From assembly GCA_964392925.1 (NCBI GenBank), contig CAYMRP010000002.1:72759-136758 (forward strand): a stretch of DNA of 64,000 bases, written 5' to 3'. This document shows, piece after piece, positions 47,459 through 57,467 of this stretch. This DNA comes from an uncultured Gammaproteobacteria bacterium (lineage in GTDB: Bacteria > Patescibacteriota > Microgenomatia > Daviesbacterales > UBA10151). The notes beneath the pieces are model-generated. The model was not told the origin of the DNA and searched no databases. It was given only the letters and a program-made list of their open reading frames with translations. The translations under genes were made by a program, and so were the position numbers. Numbering within the stretch: position 1 is the first letter of the stretch; each line of letters opens with the position of its first letter.

Positions 47459-47606
47459 AATTTAAGCTTGCAGCTTTGCTTAAAGCTCAAGTAAACTTGA
47501 TCTTGCGGCTTCGCCTAAAACTCAAATCTTCATCATGCATATTCCTAGAAACTAAATATCTACTCTTTCCTTTACAACTCCTCCAAAATTCGTATATAGT
47601 GAGATC

Positions 47607-48617
47607 ATGGACTTTCGAGGCCTCTCCGATCCAGTCGTAATTTTTAATAAGCCTAATAAAAAACCCGGCATTTTCCAAAAAATAAAGCCGCCAACTACTG
47701 ATTTTTTCAAGAATAAAAAAATACTCGGCGGAGCTTTAACGGTGATGCTTCTCTTCGCCGTTGGCCTGGGAGTTTTCTTAACTCAAAAACCTACCCAGCT
47801 TGCTCCAAAGGCTGATGAATCCGGAGCCGATATCTCAATTCAACCTCCAACCCAAACTGTAACATCTAGCCAGGAGTTTGAAAGCGATGTTTTTATTAAC
47901 ACCAACGACCTCTCTATATCTGCTGTCAAAGTGAAAATCGATTTTGATTCAAAGCTCGAATTGATGGACGTTACCATAGGCACATTTTTACCCACCTTTC
48001 TTATTGAACCCGTTATAACTGACTCTTCAGTCTCGTTTACGCTGGCCAGCAATCCGGCAAAAAAAGGATCTGGAATCCTAGCAAAATTAAAATTTAAGCC
48101 TGTGTCAGAAGCAAGTGGAAGTGCCCTTATTGGCTTTGATCAAACAGAAACAGAAGCTGCAGCGACAGAAAGCGGTAGCCTGAATAAGGCAGTTGGCTTC
48201 CTTGGCTCCCAAATCACTATCACAAGTGAGTTTACTCAATTCTGTAGCTCTACAGCAGATTGTCCAGCCGGCTATTATTGCCCAACTATTCCTGTGGCAT
48301 CTGGAGTTGCTGGTGACCCAATCTGTCAACTGATCTCCAGTCCAAGTCCAAGTCCAAGCGCATCAGCCTCAGCCTCTCCATCACCATCTCCTCTAGCTTC
48401 CCCAAGAAACCAAGTACCGGCTGGTTCTGACGGCGATGCTAATTCAGATGGAATCCTAGACCTCCAAGACCTATCTATACTTTTCACTCAATGGAGCCCG
48501 GCATCAGATATAACTGGATTTTTTAATCTGGATTTTAACGATGATAAACGAATAAATTCTATAGATTATTCGCTTTTCAAACAGAAGCTTGTCGAATACG
48601 CAATTCTCAGACCTTAA
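47607..48617 (+). CDS. Membrane-anchored cohesin plus dockerin-like protein
   Basis: TM; cohesin-like beta pattern (GSGILAKLKFK); Cys motif; SP linker; two EF-hand repeats DANSDGILD / DFNDDKRIN. Confidence 0.8.
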   Translation: MDFRGLSDPVVIFNKPNKKPGIFQKIKPPTTDFFKNKKILGGALTVMLLFAVGLGVFLTQKPTQLAPKADESGADISIQPPTQTVTSSQEFESDVFINTNDLSISAVKVKIDFDSKLELMDVTIGTFLPTFLIEPVITDSSVSFTLASNPAKKGSGILAKLKFKPVSEASGSALIGFDQTETEAAATESGSLNKAVGFLGSQITITSEFTQFCSSTADCPAGYYCPTIPVASGVAGDPICQLISSPSPSPSASASASPSPSPLASPRNQVPAGSDGDANSDGILDLQDLSILFTQWSPASDITGFFNLDFNDDKRINSIDYSLFKQKLVEYAILRP

Positions 48618-48650
48618 ATACAAAATCTCAAAATATATAATGTATATAGG

Positions 48651-48854
48651 ATCTCCAAAATTTCCTTTGGAAATTTTAAAAGGAGGAATCGCGGAAAGCT
48701 TCACTTTCGGTAGACAATCAAGCTCCTAAGCAAACTCCGACATTATTTTTAGAATCGCATCTCTTATCTCCAAAATTTCCTTTGGAAATTTTAAAAGGAG
48801 GAATCGCGGAGAGTTTGAATTACGAAGTAATCAAACTCAAAAGCGTATTCCGAC
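48651..48854. repeat. Tandem pair of ~90-bp palindromic elements with identical 45-bp heads
   Basis: ATCTCCAAAATTTCCTTTGGAAATTTTAAAAGGAGGAATCGCGGA at 48651 and 48766. Confidence 0.9.
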
Positions 48855-48857
48855 GTG

Positions 48858-48929
48858 CACGGGTGGTAGGACTTGAACCTACAACCGATGGTTTTGGAGA
48901 CCATTGCGCTACCATTGCGCCACACCCGT
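48858..48929 (-). tRNA. tRNA-Trp(CCA)
   Basis: ACGGGTG...ATGGT-CTCCAAA-ACCAT...GGTTCAAGTCC...CACCCGT. Confidence 0.95.
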
Positions 48930-48978
48930 ATAACTCCAAATTCTAACACAATTATACTATTCTGACCTGATCCCTATC

Positions 48979-49010
48979 TCACTTGTCACTTGTCACTTGT
49001 CACTTGTCAC
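48979..49010. repeat. Heptamer tandem repeat (TCACTTG)x4+
   Basis: Direct reading. Confidence 0.9.
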
Positions 49011-49032
49011 CTAGAAATTGTATGCTTAATTT

Positions 49033-49611
49033 ATGCTGCCAAAGTACTTTAGATCTTCGTTCCGGGGTTTTACTTTAATCGAGCTTCTTGTAGCTATTTC
49101 AATTCTTGCTATAGTTGCAGCAATCGGCTTAACCACCTTCACCCAAGCTCAAAAAGTTGCCCGGGACTCAAAGCGAAAACAAGATTTACGATCGATCGCA
49201 GTAGCCCTGGAAGTCTACTATCAAAAATATAAACATTACCCCTGCGCCACCTGGTGGATTAACTCAACAAGTGGTGGCTATTGGATTACGAATACATCTA
49301 ATACTCCTGGAGAAACTGCTAACTGCGGCAACACCTCATCTGCAACCTCTGATCCTTTTAATTCGACCTTCATTACTACAATGCCTGTTGATCCTATTAA
49401 TAGCGGTGGCTACAGTTATGTTTATTGGAGCAGAGGAGACGGCTATGCTGGTCCACCTGCATGCAGCACAGTTACCGGGCAAGCTTATTACATGTACGCA
49501 AAACTAGAGAACGCAGCAGACCCCGATGCTCATTCAAAAAAACAATATAAGTTCTGCAACACAGTCTTTGGTGCAACATTTGATAACTATTTCTTTGTTA
49601 CCTCAGAATAA
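49033..49611 (+). CDS. Type IV pilin / GspG-like prepilin
   Basis: RGFTLIELLVAISIL, ARDSKRKQDL, P.DP. Confidence 0.92.
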   Translation: MLPKYFRSSFRGFTLIELLVAISILAIVAAIGLTTFTQAQKVARDSKRKQDLRSIAVALEVYYQKYKHYPCATWWINSTSGGYWITNTSNTPGETANCGNTSSATSDPFNSTFITTMPVDPINSGGYSYVYWSRGDGYAGPPACSTVTGQAYYMYAKLENAADPDAHSKKQYKFCNTVFGATFDNYFFVTSE

Positions 49612-49614
49612 TCT

Positions 49615-50937
49615 ATGGACGAAATCCCCAAGGCCAAACACGATCATAAGGCTTTAAAATTCCCCGATAACTTTCTATGGGGAACAGCGACCGCAGCGCA
49701 TCAAATAGAAGGCAATAATACTAATAGTGACTGGTGGGCTTGGGAACAAAAACATCAACCTGAAGATAAAAGAAGCGGCCAAGCAGCTGACTCTTATAAC
49801 CGGTATGAGGAAGATTTTGCCTTAGCAGAGTCACTGAATCTTAACGCTCAAAGAATCTCAGTCGAATGGGCTCGGATCGAGCCTGAGAACGGCCAATTCG
49901 ATCATTCCGAAATTGAGCATTACCGCAAAGTCCTGCAGTCTCTTAAGCATAAACATTTTACAGTTATGTTAACGCTCTGGCATTTTACATTACCTAAATG
50001 GGTCGCGGATCTTGGAGGCTGGGAAAACCCTATGACAGCAGAATATTTTCAAAGATTTTTAAAAGAAATTATTCCCGCTTTTGATGAGTATGTTGATTTT
50101 TGGATCACTTTAAACGAACCAGGAGTTTATGTATTTATGGCCTATCTTCAGGGACTCTGGCCTCCTCAAAAAAAGAGTAAATGGGCTGCCGGTCTGGTTC
50201 ACTGGAATCTGACCCAAGCTCATAAAAAAGCTTATCATCTTATTCACTCACTCTCACGAAAACCTGTCGGCATTTCCCAAAACATGCAGTCATTTCATTC
50301 TAGCCATAGACATTCTTTAAGAGAACTCTTTGCAGTCTACATCAGTGATATAGTTTCTAACCATTCTTTTTATGTGCTGACGAAAGATTCTCATGATTTT
50401 ATCGGCATCAATTATTATTTTCATCATCGCTATAACACTAAAAAAAGTTTTTTGCCTCATTTGGATGAAGCTGCCGGGCAACACAGAGATGTTTCAGATT
50501 TAGGCTGGGAGGTTTTCCCTCAGGGACTATTTGATGTGCTAATGGATATTTCTAACCACAAACCTATCTATATAACCGAATGCGGAATCGCTTCCACAAA
50601 CGACGATCGCCGGACTCGATTCTTAATTCAATATCTTTCAGAAGTCTATCGGGCTGTCGAATCAGGAGTTAAGATAAAAGGATTCTTCTATTGGTCGCTG
50701 ATTGATAATTTTGAATGGCACCAGGGATTTGAGCCTAGATTCGGATTGATTGAAATGGATTACCCAACTCAAAAACGTAAAGTCCGACCCTCAGCTTATG
50801 TTTTCTCAGAGATTGCTCAGCATAACAAAATTCCTCATTCACTATTGCGCCTGCTTGGACATACAGTCAGAGTCGAAGAAGTTTTATGTTATATGCATGA
50901 CGGTCCTAAGGCTTTATGTGAGCATTTTCCAGATTAA
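49615..50937 (+). CDS. Glycoside hydrolase family 1
   Basis: FLWG.ATAAHQIEG, TLNEP, ITECG, WSLIDNFEW. Confidence 0.94.
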   Translation: MDEIPKAKHDHKALKFPDNFLWGTATAAHQIEGNNTNSDWWAWEQKHQPEDKRSGQAADSYNRYEEDFALAESLNLNAQRISVEWARIEPENGQFDHSEIEHYRKVLQSLKHKHFTVMLTLWHFTLPKWVADLGGWENPMTAEYFQRFLKEIIPAFDEYVDFWITLNEPGVYVFMAYLQGLWPPQKKSKWAAGLVHWNLTQAHKKAYHLIHSLSRKPVGISQNMQSFHSSHRHSLRELFAVYISDIVSNHSFYVLTKDSHDFIGINYYFHHRYNTKKSFLPHLDEAAGQHRDVSDLGWEVFPQGLFDVLMDISNHKPIYITECGIASTNDDRRTRFLIQYLSEVYRAVESGVKIKGFFYWSLIDNFEWHQGFEPRFGLIEMDYPTQKRKVRPSAYVFSEIAQHNKIPHSLLRLLGHTVRVEEVLCYMHDGPKALCEHFPD

Positions 50938-50993
50938 CGAGCCTCTCTAGTGATACCCTAAGTACCACTGATACTCGTAATACTTCTAGAACA

Positions 50994-52829
50994 ATGAATT
51001 ATTTATTAATTGCTATTTCTGCATACTTATTAAACGCCGTCTCCGTCACTATAGATAAAATCCTCCTGGTTAAAAAACTTCCTAATCCGGCACTCTATGT
51101 TTTCTATATTTCAATATTTAGTTTATCTGCGCTACTCCTTGCCCCTTTCACAAATTTTCCTAATCAACCCGCATTTTTAATCTCCTCCGCCTCAACTATC
51201 CTTTGGACAATGGGTGCTTATTTTATGTTTAGAGCGCTCAAAAGCGGTGAGGCAGCCAGAGTTATTCCAATTATCGGAACATTAATTCCGGTTATTCTTT
51301 TGTCTATGTCTGCTATTTCTGGATCAGTAAATCTCAATGAGGTCTGGGCAGTCATAATTCTAGTGTTGGGATTGTTGTTTCTAATAATTCCCTATTTAAA
51401 AGGCAGATTCTCTCGCGAGGAATTATTGCTCGAACTTGTTTCTGCGCTACTTTTTGCTAATTCATATTTTCTTTTAAAGTCAGCCTATACTAACGCTGAT
51501 TTTCTCTCGGTTTTTGTTTATTCAAAAATAGTTCTTATTCCTATTATTTTAGTAATTCTTATTGTCCCTATTCTTAGAAAAAGTATTTTCGAACACCACA
51601 CCCATCAACCGAAAGTAAATTTATATTCAAAAACCGGGATCTTGCTCTTCGCAGGACAATTTGCCGGCGGAGCCTCTCAGATGCTTTTAACTTTCGCTAT
51701 ATCTCTTGCCAGTCCCGCAGTCATAAATTCAATCCAAGGCATCCAATATGTTTTTCTCTTTATACTAAGCTTAGCACTGGCTAAAAAATTCCCCAAAGCA
51801 TTTGGAGAAAAATTTACTAAGTTAAATATTACCGGTAAAATCATCGGGATTTTGCTGATTTTTCTGGGACTTTGGATACTCTCTTTTTCGGAAATTAAGC
51901 AAAAAGAGCCGGTCATCGGAGTTACTTTCTCTTCTCGCTATGCCCAGGAGTTAGGTTTAAACCCCGATGAAGTTTTAGATGCAACCCTAACAGAATTAAA
52001 ACCCCAAGCTGTCAGACTTCCTATTTATTGGGATGAAGTTGAATTAGAAAAAGGCAAGTATGATTTCAGTTCAACTGATAATTTTATGCAGAAATTAAAT
52101 AATGCTAATACCGATGTAGTTCTCGTTGTCGGATACAAACAACCGAGATGGCCGGAATGTTTTCAGCCCCTCTGGAGTAAAAGTGAACAGGACTCTGATT
52201 TTAACCAAAGCGTTTTAGATTTGGTCAGAGAAGAAGTCACTTATTTCAGAAAGTATCCTAATATAAAATATTGGCAAGTCGAGAATGAACCTTTTCTTGA
52301 TTTTGGAATTTGTCCTAACCCCAACTATAATCGGGTAAATAAAGAAATTGCTCTTCTTCGATCTCTTGATCCACGTCCTATTCTTCTAACAGATTCCGGA
52401 GAACTTTCCAGTTGGTATTCTGTTATGAAATTATCAGATGTTTTCGGAACGACCCTTTATCGAAATGTCTGGAATCCCTGGTTTGGCATAGTCGAATACC
52501 CTTGGCCTCCAATGTTTTACACTTTAAAAGGACAGCTCATCCAGTTTTTATCTGGAAGCACCGAAAAGCCTCTAATCATAGCCGAACTGCAAGCAGAACC
52601 TTGGCCAGCGGAAGAAAAAAGTCTTGGTCAAATTTCCATAAAAGACCAGCAAAAACTTTTCCCCAGTTCTCAGATGAAAGAAAATATTACCTACGCCAAA
52701 CAGACTGGCTTCTCAGAAGCTTATCTTTGGGGTCTAGAATGGTGGTATTTCATGAAAAAAAATTATGACTCAACTTACTGGACAATGGCCCAAAATATAC
52801 TTCGTCAAAAAGATCCCACTAGATTTTAA
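50994..52829 (+). CDS. DMT/EamA-type membrane domain fused to a clan GH-A-like hydrolase
   Basis: ~10 TM N-half; C-half with WQVENEP and IAELQAEPW. Confidence 0.8.
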   Translation: MNYLLIAISAYLLNAVSVTIDKILLVKKLPNPALYVFYISIFSLSALLLAPFTNFPNQPAFLISSASTILWTMGAYFMFRALKSGEAARVIPIIGTLIPVILLSMSAISGSVNLNEVWAVIILVLGLLFLIIPYLKGRFSREELLLELVSALLFANSYFLLKSAYTNADFLSVFVYSKIVLIPIILVILIVPILRKSIFEHHTHQPKVNLYSKTGILLFAGQFAGGASQMLLTFAISLASPAVINSIQGIQYVFLFILSLALAKKFPKAFGEKFTKLNITGKIIGILLIFLGLWILSFSEIKQKEPVIGVTFSSRYAQELGLNPDEVLDATLTELKPQAVRLPIYWDEVELEKGKYDFSSTDNFMQKLNNANTDVVLVVGYKQPRWPECFQPLWSKSEQDSDFNQSVLDLVREEVTYFRKYPNIKYWQVENEPFLDFGICPNPNYNRVNKEIALLRSLDPRPILLTDSGELSSWYSVMKLSDVFGTTLYRNVWNPWFGIVEYPWPPMFYTLKGQLIQFLSGSTEKPLIIAELQAEPWPAEEKSLGQISIKDQQKLFPSSQMKENITYAKQTGFSEAYLWGLEWWYFMKKNYDSTYWTMAQNILRQKDPTRF

Positions 52830-52903
52830 AATAGGTCTATCATAAAATAATTTCAATTCCCCTCATTAAATGGATATGTGTAGCGTTTTAGTTAGGATTT
52901 CTA

Positions 52904-55243
52904 ATGAATATTTTAAAGACGAATAAAAAAAACTTTTGGGCTTACTTACCGTTTGTGTTCTTCGTATGGTTTTTAGTTAAGCTTGGAAGCTTAGGAATTA
53001 GTCTAGTTTCATATATATTAAATTCGTTAAAAAAGGCTCTCAACAATCTCTCTCCAATATTCTCGCGTGATTTTTATTTTGATACTCCAAAGACTAAAAC
53101 TGTAGCCCACTTGATAACTTCAACTAAAAAACCAAAGAAGAAACAGTTAGCTAAGAAAAAAATCCCTTCAAATAACATTACTTACTTTAAAACCTTTAGA
53201 AGAATTTTTTCTCTTAAAATTCGGCTAGCCAGTTTGCTTGCGATTTTAGTAATTTTCTTTATCTCATATTCATACTTTTTAGTTGAACTAACTCATGACA
53301 TGCCTTCCCCTAATAATTTAAGAACTCTTCCCACCCCCACTACCACTGAGTTTTACGACCGCAATAACAAACTACTCTATCGTTTCTATGAAGGAAAAAA
53401 TCGCACCCCGGTTAAACTATCTGAAATTCCACCTTATCTAATCCAGGCCGCTATCTCAATGGAAGATCAGCATTTTTATAATCACATTGGTATCGATTTC
53501 GCCGGAATTTTAAGAGCCGGAGTTCTATTTATCAGAGATGGCGAAGTCCAGGGCGGTTCAACTATCACCCAGCAATTAATAAAAAACACTTTACTGACAC
53601 CAGAAAGAACTCTGCAGCGAAAAACAAAAGAAATTATTTTGGCCTTTTGGACCGAAAGGATTTTTAGCAAACAGGAAATACTAGAAATGTATTTTAATGA
53701 GGTGCCCTTTGGAGGAACTGCTTGGGGAATTGCAGCCGCCAGCCAAACTTACTTTGATAAAAAAGTTTCAGATTTAACTTTAGCTGAATCAGCGTATCTA
53801 GCTGGACTACCTGCTTCTCCAACCACTTATTCCCCTTATGGAGCTAATCCTCTTCTAGCAAAAAACCGCCAAAAAGAGGTTCTCCGTAGAATGGTTGAAG
53901 ATGGAGCAATTAGTCAGCAACAGGCCAACGAAGCTTTCGCTCAGGAATTAAATATTAAACCGCCGGCCAACGAAATCTATGCTCCTCACTTTGTCATGTA
54001 TATCCGCTCTGAGCTAAGTGAAAGATATGGTGAAAGATATGTTTCTCAGGGCGGTCTTAAAGTTTATACCACTCTAGATTTAGATCTTCAAGAAAAAGCC
54101 CAAGCAATAGTAGCCGCGGAAGTAGATAAAATAAAAAACCTAAATGTCTCAAATGGGGCCGCCATGATTACTGATGCCAAGACCGGCCAAATCCTGGCTA
54201 TGGTAGGTAGTAAAAATTATTGGGAAGAAGGCAGCGGCAATTTCAATGTTGCTACTGCTTTAAGACAACCCGGCTCTTCAATAAAGCCAATTACATATGC
54301 TGCCGCTTTTAAGTCTGGATACTCACCGGGGAATATTATTCTTGACACACCAATCTCATACAAAAATTTTTGGGAGACTTATACTCCCGTAAATTATGAT
54401 GGCAAATTCCACGGCGCTGTTTCAATCCGAACCGCCCTCGGCTCTTCTTATAACATCCCTGCAGTAAAAATGCTTTCAGCTATCGGTTTACCGGAAATGC
54501 TCAAGACTTCAAAAGATCTAGGTATCACATCTCTCACAGATACTAACCGCTATGGTCTGTCACTAGCCCTAGGAGGTGGAGAAGTGAAGATGATTGATAT
54601 GATGTCGGTTTATGGAACTTTCTCGCAAATGGGCAGAAAATATCAGGTAAAGGGAATTTCTAAAATAGTAGACACTAAAGGTAAAGTAATTGAGGACAAC
54701 ACCAAAGATGCCGGACAAGTTGTCATCCAACCCGCAATAGCTTTTATGATCTCCGATATTCTTTCGGATAACAAAGCTCGGACTCCAGCTTTTGGTGCAA
54801 ATTCATTATTAAATATTCCGGGTAAAAAAGTCGCTGCTAAAACCGGAACTACCGACAATAAAAGAGATAATTGGACATTCGGTTATTCTCCTGAGTACGT
54901 AGTTGGAGTTTGGGTCGGTAATAATGACAACACTCCAATGCATCCTTCTTTAACCTCGGGCGTTACCGGAGCTGCTCCAATCTGGAATAAGATAATGCTG
55001 GAGGTTTTAAAAGACCGTCCTAATTTAGCATTTGAAAAACCAACTGAAGTAATCCCTGGATCAGTAGATGGCCAAAAAGATTTGGTTATTGCGGGCCTTC
55101 CTGCGAAATCCCTTATCCGTCAAAACCGTCAGCGAGTTAGAGATGAAGCGCTCAGTCAGGACCGTGATGTTATAACTTTCACCGATCCGCTATCTGTCTA
55201 TCAATCAGATCAATCGGGACAGCCAATAATAATTAACCCTTAA
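52904..55243 (+). CDS. Class A penicillin-binding protein (PBP1A family)
   Basis: EDQHF..H.G, GGSTITQQL, PGSSIKP, SYN, KTGT. Confidence 0.95.
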   Translation: MNILKTNKKNFWAYLPFVFFVWFLVKLGSLGISLVSYILNSLKKALNNLSPIFSRDFYFDTPKTKTVAHLITSTKKPKKKQLAKKKIPSNNITYFKTFRRIFSLKIRLASLLAILVIFFISYSYFLVELTHDMPSPNNLRTLPTPTTTEFYDRNNKLLYRFYEGKNRTPVKLSEIPPYLIQAAISMEDQHFYNHIGIDFAGILRAGVLFIRDGEVQGGSTITQQLIKNTLLTPERTLQRKTKEIILAFWTERIFSKQEILEMYFNEVPFGGTAWGIAAASQTYFDKKVSDLTLAESAYLAGLPASPTTYSPYGANPLLAKNRQKEVLRRMVEDGAISQQQANEAFAQELNIKPPANEIYAPHFVMYIRSELSERYGERYVSQGGLKVYTTLDLDLQEKAQAIVAAEVDKIKNLNVSNGAAMITDAKTGQILAMVGSKNYWEEGSGNFNVATALRQPGSSIKPITYAAAFKSGYSPGNIILDTPISYKNFWETYTPVNYDGKFHGAVSIRTALGSSYNIPAVKMLSAIGLPEMLKTSKDLGITSLTDTNRYGLSLALGGGEVKMIDMMSVYGTFSQMGRKYQVKGISKIVDTKGKVIEDNTKDAGQVVIQPAIAFMISDILSDNKARTPAFGANSLLNIPGKKVAAKTGTTDNKRDNWTFGYSPEYVVGVWVGNNDNTPMHPSLTSGVTGAAPIWNKIMLEVLKDRPNLAFEKPTEVIPGSVDGQKDLVIAGLPAKSLIRQNRQRVRDEALSQDRDVITFTDPLSVYQSDQSGQPIIINP

Positions 55244-56164
55244 TTATCGATCAACTCTAGTAATCCAATTTAAGTATTTAGGATTTTTACCATGCACAAT
55301 ATCAGAATATAAACTAATTATTTTCTCAGTCCACTCACCTGTTTTACCATTTCCAATAACCTGATCTTCTACTTGAACTACACCCGCAATTTCCGACCCA
55401 GTTCCACAAACAAATATTTCATCAGCATTTTTTAATTCTTCCAAACTTATTTTCCTTTCTTCAACTTCCAAATCAAATTCTTTCTTGAGAATCTGCATAA
55501 TTGTATCGCGGGTAATCCCAACTAAAATATCAGCAGTCGATGGGGGAGTAAATATTCTCCCATTCTTAACAATAAAAAGATTCTCTGCAGACCCCTCCAC
55601 CACAGACCCTTCGTGATCCAAAAAAAATGCCTCATCAAATCCAAGTCCGGCACTCTCAGTTTTCGCCAGACAGGTATTAGCATAAGCCCCAGTAATTTTA
55701 CCTTTTGGTGGAATCGCTTTATTTGAAACTCTGACCCAAGATGAAATATTTGCTTTAAGGCCGCTCTTTTCGCCGTAATGCCTGCCCAAAGGAATACAAT
55801 ACATTGCAAACCCATCAGCTAATTTATCTAAATTAAAATTACCAATCGCCGGATCTGATTTATATGCCAGTGGTCTGATATAAACATCAGTCTCACTAAA
55901 ATTCTTTTTCAAAAGTTCTTTTGTAATCTCAGTTAATTCTTCAGGAGTTCCCGGCAATTTTATATGCATTATTTTCGTTGACTCAACCATTCTTTTAAAA
56001 TGATCTTCAACTCGAAATGCATAAAGACATCTCTCTTCCTCACTATAATAAGCCCGTATCCCCTCGTAATTACCCGTCCCGTAATGCAAAGCATGAGTAG
56101 TTACCGGCACCACCGCCTCTTCCTCAGAAACAAACTTACCATTAAAGAAAAAAGTCTTACTCAT
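55244..56164 (-). CDS. ilvE: Branched-chain amino acid aminotransferase
   Basis: HALHYG..YEG, YIRP, K..G.Y, EGSAEN, GITR. Confidence 0.93.
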   Translation of the reverse strand: MSKTFFFNGKFVSEEEAVVPVTTHALHYGTGNYEGIRAYYSEEERCLYAFRVEDHFKRMVESTKIMHIKLPGTPEELTEITKELLKKNFSETDVYIRPLAYKSDPAIGNFNLDKLADGFAMYCIPLGRHYGEKSGLKANISSWVRVSNKAIPPKGKITGAYANTCLAKTESAGLGFDEAFFLDHEGSVVEGSAENLFIVKNGRIFTPPSTADILVGITRDTIMQILKKEFDLEVEERKISLEELKNADEIFVCGTGSEIAGVVQVEDQVIGNGKTGEWTEKIISLYSDIVHGKNPKYLNWITRVDR

Positions 56165-56189
56165 AATTTGAGAAATATAATTTTATATT

Positions 56190-56250
56190 TAAACCATTTA
56201 ACAATCAACCATTTAACAATCAACAATTTAGCAATTTAGCAATTTAGCAA
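56190..56250. repeat. Octamer tandem repeats (CAATTTAA/CAATTTAG) overlapping the end of the pseudouridine synthase gene
   Basis: Direct reading. Confidence 0.75.
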
Positions 56251-56779
56251 CCTCCTCCGAATTCAATTTCCTAAACTTACCTAATCCTAATTTCTCATCT
56301 CTTAAACTACCTATCGCTACCCTCTTTAAATCTAATAATTCTAACCCAACTTTTCCACACATTCTCCTCACCTGTCTATTCTTCCCTTCAAAAATAGTTA
56401 ATTCAAATATCTCACTGTTGCTCTCCCGCGAAATTAGTTTAACAACAGCCGGTGATGTCACACTGTCTTTTATCTCGAGTCCTTTTTCAAATTTTTTAAT
56501 AACTGGTTTCGGTAAAAATCCTCTGATTGTTAATTGATAAGTTTTGCCTAATTCATGAGAAGGGTGGGTGAGTCGATTCGAAAACTCTCCATCATTTGTA
56601 AATATTAAAAGCCCGGAGGTATTCTCGTCCAATCTCCCAACAGGAAAAACCTTCTCCGGCACTTTCACTAAATCCATCACAACCGGCCTGCTCAATTCAT
56701 CACTGGTCGTAGTTATATATCCTTTTGGTTTGTTTAATAAGTAGTAAACAAACTCTGTCTCGTCATTTATATTTTTCAT
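56228..56779 (-). CDS. RsuA/RluB-family pseudouridine synthase lacking the S4 domain
   Basis: LNKPKG, VGRLD, GLL..TNDG, EGKNRQVRRM. Confidence 0.92.
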   Translation of the reverse strand: MKNINDETEFVYYLLNKPKGYITTTSDELSRPVVMDLVKVPEKVFPVGRLDENTSGLLIFTNDGEFSNRLTHPSHELGKTYQLTIRGFLPKPVIKKFEKGLEIKDSVTSPAVVKLISRESNSEIFELTIFEGKNRQVRRMCGKVGLELLDLKRVAIGSLRDEKLGLGKFRKLNSEEVAKLLNC

Positions 56780-56797
56780 AATAGAATGGTAAATTTA

Positions 56798-57013
56798 TTG
56801 ACTTTTTACCTTCAAGTTGATATATTGTAACTCATAGCTTCCTGAAAAGGAGCTTTTTAAACAAATGAACAGAAATAATTCATCACTTCTTAGCCTTCTT
56901 AACCTCAACATTGTTGAGGTCGTACTCGTCGTGGGTACAAAAGGAGGCGCTTTTTAAGAAATAAAAAATCTTAAAAAGAAGACACAAGCCTCCTTAACAG
57001 GAGGTTTTTTTTT
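56798..57013 (+). promoter_or_regulatory. Promoter and leader-peptide attenuator 2
   Basis: TTGACT-17-TATATT; antiterminator AAGGAGGC/GCCTCCTT; terminator GCCTCCT-taac-AGGAGGT-T run. Confidence 0.85.
56865..56957 (+). CDS. Leader peptide MNRNNSSLLSLLNLNIVEVVLVVGTKGGAF
   Basis: Leu/Val-rich 30-aa uORF overlapping the antiterminator. Confidence 0.75.
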   Translation: MNRNNSSLLSLLNLNIVEVVLVVGTKGGAF

Positions 57014-57135
57014 GGTCAAAAATTCCACTGGAAGTTTTGACGGGTCAAGCACTATGACCGCCGGAGGCGGAATACAATATCAATCTTGACCCAGTAAAAT
57101 ATTTGTAAAAAATTAAAAGAAAGGAGGAAATAAAT

Positions 57136-57375
57136 ATGGTTGACATAAAGAACGGATATGATTGGGATTTTAGCCTAAGTGCTTCAACCCAAAAGCCCAG
57201 AATAGATTTAGATAAAGAAGCTCAAAAAATGATGGATGGGATAAGAAACGGATCTCAATCCCAAGTGGATTCCGCTAAAGAAGCCCTAAAAAGGTTTGAA
57301 CTAATCAGAGCTACTAATCCAATTGATAGATTTCAAGCTGGAAGAGTAGACAGGAAACCTCAGGCTAAAAAATAG
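57136..57375 (+). CDS. Small hypothetical protein
   Basis: AGAAAGGAGG SD. Confidence 0.75.
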   Translation: MVDIKNGYDWDFSLSASTQKPRIDLDKEAQKMMDGIRNGSQSQVDSAKEALKRFELIRATNPIDRFQAGRVDRKPQAKK

Positions 57376-57467
57376 GAGCACAAGAGCTCGCTTGTCTGAG
57401 CAAAGAAGATAAAAAGCTGGAGGGGATATCAAAGGAAATATCCCCTCCAAAAGAAAGGAAAATAAAA

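Noticed and set aside
48651-48810. CRISPR array
   Set aside because: Only two repeats, the 'spacers' are homologous to each other, and no cas genes are adjacent
56780-57013. Leu/Val attenuator as the regulator of ilvE
   Set aside because: It is on the opposite strand and transcribes away from the pseudouridine synthase-ilvE unit
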